Position numbers and translations under genes: made by a program
Shown here: piece after piece, positions 27,601-37,317 of the stretch
Layout of the letters: every line of letters starts with the position of its first letter
How positions within the stretch are numbered: the stretch's first letter is position 1
Notes under the pieces: model-generated
Seen by the model: the letters and a program-made list of their open reading frames with translations, nothing else
What the model was told of the DNA's origin: nothing
Databases searched by the model: none
Source: Haliotis rufescens
Lineage: Eukaryota
Direction: 5' to 3'
Length of the DNA: 64,000 bases
NCBI RefSeq assembly: GCF_023055435.1
Contig: NW_025964112.1
Location: 20,026,001-20,090,000, forward strand

Positions 27601-30600
27601 TTAATGGTATTTGCCAGGGCTGACCTGCAGACTCATATCTTAATTGAACAACTTCTGTAAGTCTATGTGGTACGGTAAATACATGCAGAGCAATAATATT
27701 TGTTCTTTCCTAAGTGAATGTCTGATAGACCCTGCATTGGGTCAAGTTAGGTGAACTTTCTATATCCTTGGTATAAGTGAAAAAAGTATTTAGAGAAACA
27801 TCTGATTCATGTATCTTGAAAACAAACATAAACAGGAATTTCTAAATGAAAACAAAAGTATAGGCTACACATATTTTGTTGTGGATACTTCATGTGCCCT
27901 TCCGTTTATGAGCGCAATGGCATATACACTGGTGACTATCGATGTGATATTAATGTTCTTTATGGGTTTTATTTTGTTATCATTAAAGTTTCCAAAAGAA
28001 ATGAAACCAAATCATTTTGAAAAGCTGACATCTGACTGGTGCAGAATAGTTGTGTCTGTCATTTGGAATGTTTTAATTTGTAATCAATGATACATCTCCT
28101 TAGATATGTTAGACGTCATGAAATTTATTTGATTGGTGTCCTTTTTTCTATACCCATCTATTTCACAAGGTTAAGAGAATGAATAAGACATACAATATGA
28201 TGAAAAGAAAGCTGATAGCTCCTATATCATTCTGTAGATAACAAATGCCTGATCAATTAATCTTGTTTTGCTGTTTGGTGGTTATTTAGTAAATATCAAC
28301 ACATGATCTTAACCTGTGGGTTTGTAATTCATCCCTTTGATAAAGGAATAATAACACAAGTAAGGCATGTCATTTCACAATGACAAGCATGGGTATGCTT
28401 CCAACAGCTCAATATTCAATGTACGCCACCTTCACAATGAAAAATGACTTTCTGTTTGCAGGATTCCCTGGTCCAACATTCAAGGCCAAGCTGGAGGATA
28501 TGGCTGTCGGGGTAGGGGAGACAATCACATTATGTTGTCACATGATGGGGCCGCCCTTGCCCACTGTTGCCTGGTATCGCAACGAGGAACTCCTCTCAGA
28601 TGCTACCCGTACAAAGATCGGTGTGTGTGGTGATGGCCGAGCTTACCTCACCCTCTCCAATGTGAAGGAGTATGACACAGGCATATACAAGTGTGTCGCC
28701 CGGAATAAGTATGGACGCTCCTCGTGTAGGTGCAGGCTGATGATTGGAGGTGAGAGTTGATCACATGTTGGAAGTACTTGAAGTTGATTGGTCAGTGAGA
28801 GGTATCAAATGTATGTTAGCATGTAAGTAACATAATGAGTGTGAAAGCATAAGAAACGTAAAAGATTGTTCAGTTTTGAGATTCTGAGTAGTGAGAATTC
28901 ACTTATAGTGCTGTTGAATATTCTTGACCACAAACACATACAGTTACATCTGTCTAACCGTGACTAACAAATCCAGATCAACTCTACAGTCTGGAATGTA
29001 CTGCTTCAAAGTGTGTATATTTAGAATTGGGAAAAGTTTGTAAGGATACTTCTTTCAGTTTATGTGTAACATTAAGATACAGGAAACATGTTTTTGTATC
29101 ATTTTAAACAAGTATATTGGTTTAACAGCATGTGACACAACTTGGATATCAGTTGCTACCTTCATGTCAGAATGATTGATCCATGTGATCTTATAAAGTA
29201 CTATGTATCTTGCCTTGGGGAAAAATAAATTTCTCATCGGGTGAATAAATCCCTTATACCCTGCCATTAGCAAGACAGGCTGCACATGGATTTCTGAAAG
29301 GCAGAATAAATCCCCAATAATACCCCGCTTCCAAGCAAAAAGAGGCACGCTATTTCCTGAGTCAGTTAAAGTCATTGACATAGCACAAGTTAACGTCTGT
29401 TCAATCAAACAGCTGTTTTCTATCAAATTTTAATTATTTGAATTCTTTGACAATGTCCTATTAAAACATGTCAGTAACATAGATTTGTTGTAGCAGGATC
29501 ACTCGTGGTACATGAAGATGTATGCTGGAGGCTTGTGGTATAAAAACCTAACATGGGATTTATAAAACCTCATGTAGCCCTCATGATCCTGCTACAACTT
29601 ATAATGTCTGATGGATAAGTATATGTCAGACTCACAGCAGTATCCATTTCTGAGATGTCTAGTCTATGGCCATAAGCAGATAGTTACCCAGAGTGTGTGT
29701 TGTCCTTACAGAGCCCCCTGAGCGGCCAGGTCATCCAGTGGTAACTCAGATCACATCTGGTGAGGCCTTTGTCATCTGGACTTCAGCCAAGACTAATGGC
29801 AACTCTGATATTCTTTACTACAGGCTGGATTACAAGAAACCAGGTGAGCGCTTGTTTGATAATGACAGAGGCACCGCAGTACTGCAGTATTGCAGGGCAC
29901 ACCAGGTATGGGCTTCACATTCTGTACCCATGTGTAGAATGGAACCTGGACCTTTGTACAGTCAGTCAATACTAACCCCCACTAGGCTACCCAACTGTTG
30001 TGTCTCTTTAATAATGTTGGTTCTGTCAATGGGAGATGATCAAAGATGAAGTTATGTAAGCAAGGATTATATTCCACCTAAATATTATCCTGGGGGAAGT
30101 TTTACATTAGAGTATAGTATAGGATAGGATTAAACACACTGGTATGGGTTCAAATTCACTAGGGAGAATCATCCTGACACTAGAGAATTTCATCCCCGGG
30201 ATAAAAAATAGGGTAGGATCATATTCACTCTTACAGTTACACATGTTTGGAGACAGTGTTCACTTGTATAGATGTATTCTGCATCTGGAGTTGAAGATTG
30301 GTTGAGCAAACAAGATTATCTCATATTCATTCAGCACTACTTGTGTACTAGTGGTTACTCAGCTATTATGTCCAAGAATCAATTGGTTTAAATTAAAGGA
30401 CCATGCTTTAATTGGGGTTAATTTGTACTGATATAGCCAATATGTCTGGCAATGGCATCAACCATCATCAGTCTGCAGCAGAATATTTACCGAGTCGCAC
30501 ATGGTAATGACAACCAGATTACTTAAATGTGTCATGTTTCACTCTTTTAGCAATGAAACTATTATCTGTAGGAGCAGAGAAATGGAAGACAGCTGCCAAG

Positions 30601-30931
30601 GTGACCACAGAGTGTGCCATCGCAACAGGTTTGATGCCAGACACACCCTACAGGTTCCGCGTGTGTGGAGTGAATGAGTTTGGGCCCAGTCCTTACAGCT
30701 GGGGGTCTGTGGAAGTCACAAGCAAACCTGCAGGTACGCAACCGATGTGTGTGGGTGATGGGTGAGGTTTAGTGTGTACAGAGATATACAAGTTTGAGGT
30801 GGGTGGGTGGGTGAATCTAGTGTAAAGAGGTGGGTTGAAGGGATGGGTAAGTCTAGTGTATACTGAGATATATAGGTTGAATGATGGTTTTATGTGTGGG
30901 CAAGGCCGTAGTTAACTTTTTTTGACAGGGG

Positions 30932-30969
<38 letters not shown>

Positions 30970-33900
30970 AATAAGATTTTTCATTTCTTATTCAAGTTAA
31001 CTTTCACAAGGAAAAATGTTTTCTATAAAAAATCCAGGGGGCAGTTGCTGGCTGGCTACGGCACTGGTGGGGGGTAGTTTGTTTTGTTGGAGTTACATTG
31101 GTGCAGTGATCAAGAAAGGGATCTGTTGGGATTTAAATAATAAATACTTCCTTCTCCTCCTTGACAGGTGCACCTGCTATCACCTCTGATCCTGAATATG
31201 ACCTACGGTTATTGCGACAGCGTCAGACTGTGGCACCGGAACCACCAGCAAGTCGATGGGAAGTCAGTGAAGTGGAAGAGGTTGAGACTGAAGCTGACCT
31301 GAAGAAGACCAAACCAGAAGATGTGTACAACCTCGGAGACACACTCTGGAAGTCAGTATTTGATATACTAGCATTTATTGATGTATCCTCTGAGATATAA
31401 CTTTGCTCACCTGGACTGACAGTCTAATCTGATTTTTCATATGGCTGTCATAAAGAAAAGGCTTTATGATCTATAGTAGGGCTGTACATAGAAGTAATGT
31501 GGTGGTTGCAACTTTTACCAATCCTTCATGAAAGTTTCAAAATAGAAAGAAGAGTAACTTTTTTCAGGCATGTGTAGGTCTACTTCCAAAAACAGGATGT
31601 GCTGCTATTTACTCTATATGATTCTTGGGTGAGTGAGTGAATTTGGTTTTACGCCGCATTGAACAGTATTCCAGTAATATCATGGTGTGCAAGATTGATA
31701 TGGGGGTGGGGGGGGGGGGGAGCCCCAAATGATGCAGGTCTTAGACGTCTACCACTCTGGTGAAACCCTCAAGCACGTGTATGGTGCTGATAGACCTAAA
31801 ATCAATCAGGCCAATAAGGATTCAAAACCATGAACATAGGTTTCTGGTGTGTCCAAGGGAAGCAACTCTAGACAGGGAATTGCAGCTCCTTAGATGACTG
31901 GGCCACCCGTGCTTCGGGTGATTCTTGAATCAATCCTGTACCCCAGTACAGGATTCTGAAAATTAAAAGGGAAAAAAATACATCAAACAATAAAGAAATA
32001 ACATGTACTCATGACTTGAGAACAAATAATGATTTCGGTTGGAACATCAGCATTTCATGCTCTTGCTGTTCACAGGGGCAAGTTCTCACAGTACATAAGC
32101 TGCAATAATGCTGCGACAGAAAAGGATCATATAATGCGAGTGGTACCTCTAACAAAGGACAATGAAAGTGACAGGTTGCGTGAGTTTAACATTCTTAAAG
32201 GCATCCAACACAACCACGTTGGACAACTTTTGGAAGGATTCCAAACAAGCACAGACTTTTACATGGTGTTGGAGAGAATGACAGGGGACAATATTGCTCG
32301 TTACCTCGGCTACAAACGTAGATACAGTGAGGATGCTGTTGTGTGTGTTTTACGGCAAGTGATTGATGCCTTACAATTTTTGCATCGCCATGGTTATGCA
32401 CATCTGAATCTTCAACCTGGTAGCATCATCATGGCCAACAGACAGAGTCTCAATATCAAGCTAGTTGATTTCAGTCTAGCAAGGAAGATCTCACCAGAGG
32501 GAGATACTGTGCCAAGGATGGGCTACCCTGATTTCATGCGTAAGTAACTGAGTCTGATTATTTTTAGATGATGTAGGGTAAGATCTCAAATAATTGTATT
32601 GTAGGTAATGAGAATTGGAGTTTTTCTTTCCAAGTTATAAGTAGCTACCTGGGCAACAGAAATCCTTTTCTCTTAAGACAGGTAATAATGTGAGTTATTA
32701 TAAATGTTTCTTTAGCTTTGATGTTATCTTTCTTGTTGCAGATCAATTTAGTTTACAAGATCAATTTGAATTCTTATTTTTTTTATGGTTTTCTGTCTTA
32801 ACTAAAGAAAGAATTTGTAGATTTCTGACTCCATAAATCTTCATTTGGGACAGTCTATTAAAACAAGTAGTCATGCATCATCAAGGGAAGTGAGACTTCT
32901 GACCTCTCCCTATTTCACCTTCAGCTCCTGAGGTTGTTGTCGGAGAGCGTGTGGGCTGCTGTGCCGACCTGTGGGGACTGGGTGTCCTAGCCTTCCTGCT
33001 GTGAGTACACACTGGTTGCCCCAGCAGGGGCACAACACATCAGGAGTAATGTTGCATTAAATATATATAGACATTCCAACAATATCACCTGGAGTGAGTG
33101 AGTTGGGTTTAACAACACTTTGAACAGTATTCCAGTTATATCCGCCTCATGTCTGCTTGATGTGGTAGGAAAGCCCAATAACTTCTTGTGAAGAAAGCAT
33201 TACTCTCTCATGTTTATTTTTCATCAAATTTCTGTAAATAATTATGAAGGCGAAAATATGATTGGTACTAAAAATATTGTCTATGTAGTCAGGTATTGTC
33301 ACTGTTAATCTCTAGTTGTTGAAGGGTTTGTAAAGAAGAAAACACCTATTTCATATTTGCTTTTCAGCAAGAATGATTTTACAGAATCACATTCTTGGTT
33401 AGCTTATGTCACATGACTGATTAATGTACAGACTGGTGAAGGAATTACTAGTGAATATTGTCAAGAACAAGGCATACTATTTTTTATAAAACACGATTCC
33501 TCATATCATGTCCATAAATACATAGTTCTTGATGGGTTGGTATCATAAAGTGTCATTTTACTGAGAGGCACACACAAACTAAACTTTCTGATTACCTTGT
33601 GTTTCAGGCTTAGTGGGGAGTCTCCCTTCTCTGCCAACACAGATGATGAGACGCTTGCCAATATTGCATACAACAGATATAATGCTAATGACATGTATGA
33701 AAACGTCTCAAAGGAGGGACTAAAGTTTATCTTCAAACTCCTCAAGCGTATCCCAAGGTGAGTCACATGCACAGGCACATGCACAGGCACAAACACATGC
33801 ACAGGCACAGGCACACTCACAGGCACATGCACACTCACAGGCACATGCACACTCACAGGCACATACACAGGCACACTCAGAGGCACACGCACAGGCACAG

Positions 33901-35019
33901 GCACACACACAGGCACATTCACTCACAGGCACACACACAGGCAAACGCACAGGCACATGCACAGACACACTCACAGGCACACTAACAGGTACACTCACAG
34001 GCACATGCACACTCACAGGCACACACACACGCACAGGCACACTCACAGGCACACTCACAGGCACACGCACATTTACATGGACCAGTTGTTTATTACAGGG
34101 GGTAGAGGCTCAGAGGTTTTTGATGCACTGATGTACTGAAAATAATTACCCTCCCCTAATATCTTGAGATGATCATCTTTGTACATGTTTTTCATGCAAA
34201 AGGCCTTAATATTTTATTATAAAATGGCCATTTTTTCATGACCCTCCTTAAATATGTGAATGATTTTTTAAGACCCTCCCCTTGTGACTGTCATATATTT
34301 GGTGACCCTACACTGATTCTCACCCCCATCTCATTTATAATAATGGATCAGTTCCTTGGGATAAAGAATGTGATGGATGGTAATCAGGTTTGTAGTGTCA
34401 TCAGAAGAACTTTCAAATGAGTCTACAACTGTCTCAATCTGCTTTTACACTTATCAGAAAGTAACCAATGAGCTACAAGGAACGATGAATTAACTGCCCT
34501 GTATGCATGGATGTTGCCAGTCCTAGTCTTTGTGAACCAGCAGATCTGTTATGTTTCAGGAACCGTCCAAGTCTGGCTGACTGCCTGGACATGAAGTGGA
34601 TGCTGCAGACAGATGCCATCATCAAGTCACGGAGTGAAACTTGGTTCCCAACAAACAAGATCCGCACTTTTGCTGATGAATATGACAAACGAAGAGTGGC
34701 TGACAGCTTCAGACTAGATTACACAAAGCTTGAGCTGACGACCAAAAAACCTGTAGAAAGCAAGCGTGTGCGCAAAGAGAGAAAACCTGCAGCTGAAGCT
34801 GAACCTCAAGCTGATCAGTCGGTAACTGAGAGCACAAAGAAATTTGCCCCTAAGGTTATAAAGGAATTGGAGGCTGAACCTGAAAGTGAGGCTGGTGCAG
34901 GTGAAAGTGAGGCTGTTAAGCCTGAGACAACAGAAGAGAAGATAGAACAAGTTGCTGATGATGTTGTGTCCAAAGCTCTTGATGAGGCCATGCAATCTTC
35001 TGAGTTAACCAGTGCATGA
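325..35019 (+). CDS. unc-89: UNC-89/obscurin-like giant muscle protein, 3' part (29 exons, ~2,125 aa; 7 Fn3-2 Ig-kinase-linker-Ig-Fn3-pseudokinase-tail); 5' end outside window
   Basis: All 29 exons have AG/GT boundaries with matching phases, totalling 6380 nt (2 nt + 2126 codons including TGA at 35017-35019). The kinase-linker-Ig-Fn3-kinase order and the linker motifs (GEFLDDESWYDW...LRVRGY...VRERR) fit the UNC-89/obscurin/SPEG family. Confidence 0.88.
1061..1357 (+). CDS. unc-89-like exon: Fn3 domain 2
   Basis: ccttccag|...CCTG|gtaagt, phase 1-1; VSWRP...YRLE...W...YQVTGLRPRQDYAFRVRA. Confidence 0.92.
2370..5410. repeat. Intronic satellite array, 79-81 bp monomer, with higher-order structure
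   Basis: Repeats of tagaacaaggtgttttgtatgtaggcttatgagggtgtgaagtgtgtcagctaataatttagggtgtgatgtatctgggca; 27-aa periodicity in minus-strand ORFs. Confidence 0.95.
4619..4750 (-). mobile_element. tRNA-derived SINE (family A), 5'-truncated, inserted into the satellite
   Basis: B-box GGTTCGATTCC, (CACT)n tail, 13-bp TSD tatgagggcatga (4606-4618 / 4751-4763); near-identical to 56362-56517. Confidence 0.9.
7313..9380. mobile_element. Non-autonomous Kolobok-like DNA transposon
   Basis: ~75-bp terminal inverted repeats AGGGGCACGGATCTAAAGCAATTCCC... / ...GGGAATTGCTTTAGATCAGTGCCCCT flanked by TTAA; AG...CT termini; no transposase. Confidence 0.75.
10711..11389. mobile_element. Degenerate Tc1/pogo-type MITE
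   Basis: TA-CAGTAAACT...ATAATGAA start, repeated ATAACGAA motifs, degenerate complementary end ttcattatgaccgaagttta...tgta. Confidence 0.4.
14819..15121 (+). CDS. unc-89-like exon: Fn3 domain 3
   Basis: tttccag|...CCAG|gtcagc, phase 1-1; LRWQ...W...LTGLQPRQDYYFRIRGE. Confidence 0.92.
15504..15806 (+). CDS. unc-89-like exon: Fn3 domain 4
   Basis: gttcag|...ACTA|gtaagt, phase 1-1; LRWSN...YVIEM...W...YKLTDLSPRKDYMFRIRA. Confidence 0.9.
16136..16234 (+). CDS. unc-89-like 99-nt spacer exon (RLSYEPLVAPESLINQEDFTLTNRPYIESLTVK)
   Basis: ttctccag|...AAAG|gtaagt, open frame, phase 1-1; not in the ORF track. Confidence 0.8.
16538..16715 (-). mobile_element. SINE family B, truncated copy
   Basis: Similar to the adjacent full copy; gtgagtgagt tail. 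Confidence 0.75.
16792..17074 (-). mobile_element. Full-length tRNA-derived SINE (family B, tRNA-Leu/Ser-like head)
   Basis: A-box TGGCCCAGTCGTCTAAGGC, B-box GGTTCGAATCCC, (CACT)n tail, 11-bp TSD tgctgcaatat. Confidence 0.9.
17421..17723 (+). CDS. unc-89-like exon: Fn3 domain 5
   Basis: cttgcag|...ATAG|gtatgc, phase 1-1; LSWHP...YRVEM...W...DYAFRVRAVNDFGYSEP. Confidence 0.93.
18410..18478 (+). CDS. unc-89-like 69-nt acidic spacer exon (EHRLLGDEDDDEAFDFGKPMSET)
   Basis: ttgtttcag|...ACTG|gtgagt, open frame, phase 1-1. Confidence 0.8.
18825..19124 (+). CDS. unc-89-like exon: Fn3 domain 6
   Basis: ctttcag|...AAAG|gtagca, phase 1-1; MSWMP...YTIE...W...DYHFRVRAENEYGVSEP. Confidence 0.93.
19255..19570 (+). 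mobile_element. Two degenerate copies of another SINE-like family (core gggtggtcaggctcgctgacttg...ctggtccagact)
   Basis: Same core recurs at ~25110-25290 and 60210-60500; (AAAC)n tail. Confidence 0.6.
19880..19972 (+). CDS. unc-89-like 93-nt spacer exon (AAEKRRPSIERSDDGILSSKTPSYIDSLMSG)
   Basis: catttcag|...GGAG|gtatgc, open frame, phase 1-1; contains RRPS. Confidence 0.82.
20289..20588 (+). CDS. unc-89-like exon: Fn3 domain 7
   Basis: ctttcag|...AGAG|gtaggt, phase 1-1; LNWQP...YIVE...W...DYMFRVRGQNEFGTSDP. Confidence 0.93.
21017..21139 (+). CDS. unc-89-like 123-nt Ser/Arg-rich spacer exon (…RGRSSSRARSVSPSAHRRLSLTQK…)
   Basis: cccacag|...ATCC|gtgagt, phase 1-1; contains RRLS. Confidence 0.85.
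21505..21792 (+). CDS. unc-89-like exon: I-set Ig domain
   Basis: APDF...GNPLPVIMWY...DVGHYKCVAENDHG; phase 1-1 splice sites. Confidence 0.93.
22207..22488 (+). CDS. unc-89-like exon: I-set Ig domain
   Basis: LLCRIDGYPTPSVKWSK...DEGQYMVVAENVAG; phase 1-1 splice sites. Confidence 0.93.
23189..23273 (+). CDS. unc-89-like exon: start of kinase 1 (…YYVLEELGR)
   Basis: tttcacag|...GGCAG|gtaaga, phase 1-2. Confidence 0.87.
23587..23790 (+). CDS. unc-89-like exon: kinase 1 subdomains I-V (GRGRHG, YAAKF)
   Basis: ttccag| acceptor; ends GAACT|gtatcctc (U12-type donor); phase 2-2. Confidence 0.9.
23791..24296 (+). other. U12-type (minor spliceosome) GT-AG intron
   Basis: Donor GTATCCTC (consensus RTATCCTT). 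Branch-like ACTTAAC at 24281-24287 (consensus CCTTAAC) ends 9 nt before the 3' splice site. No polypyrimidine tract. Splicing restores NEL-LTGGSL. Confidence 0.85.
24297..24435 (+). CDS. unc-89-like exon: kinase 1 (LTGGSLLD...HMDIK)
   Basis: phase 2-0; catalytic-loop HMDIK|gtgagg. Confidence 0.92.
24739..24938 (+). CDS. unc-89-like exon: kinase 1 (PNN...DFG...GTPEHASPE...SDMWSVG)
   Basis: phase 0-2; subdomains VIb-IX. Confidence 0.93.
25602..25751 (+). CDS. unc-89-like exon: kinase 1 (LSGVSPF...AKDFISKLLVLDP)
   Basis: ttttgcag|...CCAAT|gtaagt, 150 nt, phase 2-2; read directly, not in the ORF track. Confidence 0.92.
26290..26410 (+). CDS. unc-89-like exon: end of kinase 1 (RLTVEECLEHSWL)
   Basis: phase 2-0; subdomain XI. 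Confidence 0.9.
26598..26764 (+). CDS. unc-89-like exon: interkinase linker
   Basis: ccccag|...CTTG|gtaagg, phase 0-2. Confidence 0.85.
27231..27574 (+). CDS. unc-89-like exon: interkinase linker (YDWQMRY...VRERR...KRSS)
   Basis: gctag|G...GAAG|gtactt, phase 2-1. Confidence 0.85.
28462..28749 (+). CDS. unc-89-like exon: interkinase Ig domain
   Basis: PTFKAKLED...WYRN...DTGIYKCVARNKYG; phase 1-1. Confidence 0.93.
29487..29598. mobile_element. Small foldback/MITE
   Basis: Perfect 15-bp inverted repeat gttgtagcaggatca / tgatcctgctacaac. Confidence 0.55.
29712..29843 (+). CDS. unc-89-like exon: Fn3 N-half
   Basis: PPERPGHP...IWTSAKTNGNSDILYYRLDY; phase 1-1. Confidence 0.9.
30572..30733 (+). 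CDS. unc-89-like exon: Fn3 C-half
   Basis: W...GLMPDTPYRFRVCGVNEFGPSPYS; phase 1-1. Confidence 0.9.
30901..31066. mobile_element. Short MITE with internal poly-G (G32, 30936-30967)
   Basis: Termini caaggccgtag / ctacggcactg. Confidence 0.45.
31168..31351 (+). CDS. unc-89-like exon: linker into kinase 2 (…PEDVYNLGDTLWK)
   Basis: ccttgacag|...TGGAA|gtcagt, phase 1-2. Confidence 0.87.
31628..31918 (-). mobile_element. SINE family B
   Basis: Homologous to 16792-17074; 9-bp TSD tgattcttg. Confidence 0.8.
32076..32539 (+). CDS. unc-89-like exon: kinase 2 (pseudokinase) subdomains I-VIII
   Basis: GKFSQY...HIMRVV...HLNLQPGS...DFS...GYPDFM; phase 2-1. Confidence 0.92.
32925..33000 (+). CDS. unc-89-like exon: kinase 2 (PPEVV...ADLWGLGVLAFL)
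   Basis: ccttcag|...TGCT|gtgagt, phase 1-2. Confidence 0.9.
33608..33757 (+). CDS. unc-89-like exon: kinase 2 (LSGESPF...LKFIFKLLKRIP)
   Basis: gtttcag|...CCAAG|gtgagt, 150 nt, phase 2-2. Confidence 0.92.
33762..34070. repeat. CA-rich minisatellite (ACAGGCAC-based units)
   Basis: Tandem acaggcacatgc / acaggcacactc starting just after a splice donor. Confidence 0.92.
34560..35019 (+). CDS. unc-89-like last coding exon: end of kinase 2 plus acidic tail with AKAP-like helix
   Basis: tttcag|G AAC CGT...; NRPSLADCLDMKWM...; TGA at 35017-35019. Confidence 0.9.
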
Positions 35020-36498
35020 TGTGCACACCTTGTAAGTGGTTTTAAAAAACAAAATACAATTGTACAGGATAAACAAATATATTTTTCTTAAAATGATCAA
35101 TGATTTGTTTTTGTAATTTGCTCTGTGATTTGTGTTGAAATTACACTCCAATTTGTTTGTACACACACAAACATGCTTTAAGAAAAGGAATTCTGAAATA
35201 GATCTGTCACTGTAAAGTATTGGAAAGTTATTTAATGGTGTGTGGTGAATACAAATTAATGCAGTTCATCTGCTACTTTATACTCTGTAAGAAATTCATT
35301 ATGAAGGTTTATCTAATCTTATATTTATTTCAGATAGGATTTCTTACCAAGGAATGATGGAATGAAAGAACAGCGGTGACTTGTTGAGATGTGTATTTTC
35401 GAAAATACGTGAAGACTTCTATATATTTCTACCTATGTGATAACCAGTTGCCCTTCATCTAGATATTCCCGTTTGCCTGCAGTAACCTCAGTCAAACATT
35501 CTGTACACTGAATCAGATTAAATCATCACTTATTTAACAATTCCAGAGTGTTCAACTTTAAAAGTCATAATATAGAGAAACTGGCTACTTCCCTGTTATA
35601 TATGGAATATAATGGTTCTATTTGATTCAGTTCAGTGAATGTTAAACTGGGAGACAAAAGTGTTTCTCTTTATTCAAGGTTAGTGAGTGACCTTGACCTA
35701 CTTTGTGTGGTGCTCCTACTCAGATGTGTGAGGGATTGTGAAATGTGTAATTTTTGGTACAACATTGCATCACACCTAGAAGTTGTGTACATTTTTGAAT
35801 ATTTATTTTTGAAAGGGTCAGTTGCAATCTTCAGATTCTGAAGTGAATTTGAGTCTGAAAATGTGATATTTTAACCTGTTTGCATTTGAATGCATTTTAT
35901 GATGCTTGACTAAGTCATCTATGTACTTATGACACATTATATGTGATTAGTTTGATTCCTCTGTGCTTTCTGGAATGCTTAGTGATTGGTGAACATATCA
36001 ATCATTGTGTAAGTCATACCAAAGAAGTGATATTATTGCGAAACTATTTTTTACCCTTTAACCCAAAATGAATGTTGTAAGCGTAATTGGTATATATTTG
36101 TGCATATTTTTCTATGTAAAAAAGAATACAGATGCACACTTGCATCAACCTTTTGTCATCACAAACTAAATACCAGAGGATAAATGGATATCTTTTGGAA
36201 GAAAAAAATAGTTTTCTATATTCACAGTATATGAAAAGGAGATTTGGGTGGTCCAATGTGTTATTCATTTATTTAAAAAATGTTTACATTGTAGATGTCT
36301 TTATATTTTGTATTCATTGATGGACAAAGATAGCAGTTTGTGAACAACCACTGAGTATTCAGAAATAACAGATGAATCCTAATGTGCAATATCGATGTTA
36401 TACTTTATCATATTACAAGAATTACATGCAAGTTTTCTGCAAAGGTTTACATATGTGTATTTATTTTATCAATGGATGTAAACAGCTCCTTGCATTAA

Positions 36499-36635
36499 CA
36501 TAGGTGGATCCAGAGTGGTGTGTGTGTCCAGGCCCCACCTTTTGAATGTGGTATGTTGTAGGCAGTAAAATTGTTGGAGGGAGGATTTTCATATTTTGGA
36601 CACCTCCAATTTTAAAAATGCCGGATCCGTCCTTG
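36499..36635. mobile_element. Short MITE in the 3'UTR
   Basis: Termini cataggtggatccag / ccggatccgtccttg; 6-bp flanking duplication cattaa. Confidence 0.55.
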
Positions 36636-37311
36636 CATTAAGTTAATTTGATTTGAGACAAGACCAGGGCTATGTTGTGTGATGTTGAGATAAGTACTAA
36701 GAGCTGGCAACTGCAATATGTAGATCTCATAGGACTCAGGGTGCAGTGCCTGTGCCCAAATTTGTGTACAGTAGTCAGGAATACATGATGGGAGGTTGTG
36801 GTATGGTTTTTGTGTGACATGTACAGCCAGATTAACAGTTTGTTTGCATTGTTTTCAGAATATTTATTTGAAAATACTGAGCTCAATCTATGACAACATG
36901 TTTTTGACTTGGCTCATTCAATATCACAGATTTCACAACATTTGGCATTCAGGGGAGATTACTGCTTGGAAGGGAGATAACTGGAGAGGTTATTTTTCTG
37001 ATCCATTGCTTGTATTTTTCAATCATTTCTTCTGAGTTGTTTCTTTCTTTTTTTGTAATGGTAGATACTGAATTTGGATATTTAGTTTTTTTTGTAAAAG
37101 TGTAATTATTCAAGTACATTTGCTTTGCATGTATTACTTTGAATGAACAATGTAATGACCATATGTTGAAGGATTTTGTGATTGAAATGTTTACCAACCA
37201 ATCTGTGATCACATTACTGCATTTATTGTGTGAAATACCCTTTCTTCGTGTAGACTATTTACCCTTTGGGTGTCAGGAAGGGCAACTGTGAACTCCTCAC
37301 TATATAGCTGA

Positions 37312-37317
37312 AATAAA
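37312..37317 (+). promoter_or_regulatory. Probable polyadenylation signal of the unc-89-like gene (~2.3 kb 3'UTR)
   Basis: First AATAAA seen after the stop codon, followed by GT/T-rich sequence (ttgtatgttgtt). Confidence 0.5.

Noticed and set aside
30936-30967. G32 tract as a functional G-quadruplex
   Set aside because: Lies inside a small MITE, and homopolymer length is error-prone; no evidence of function
33506-34139. VPVSVP, CACE and HRHT repeat ORFs
   Set aside because: Translations of an intronic CA-rich minisatellite
325-35019. Calling the muscle gene twitchin, titin or projectin
   Set aside because: Those have a single kinase and Ig-Fn-Fn super-repeats; two kinases separated by linker-Ig-Fn3 is the UNC-89/obscurin/SPEG layout
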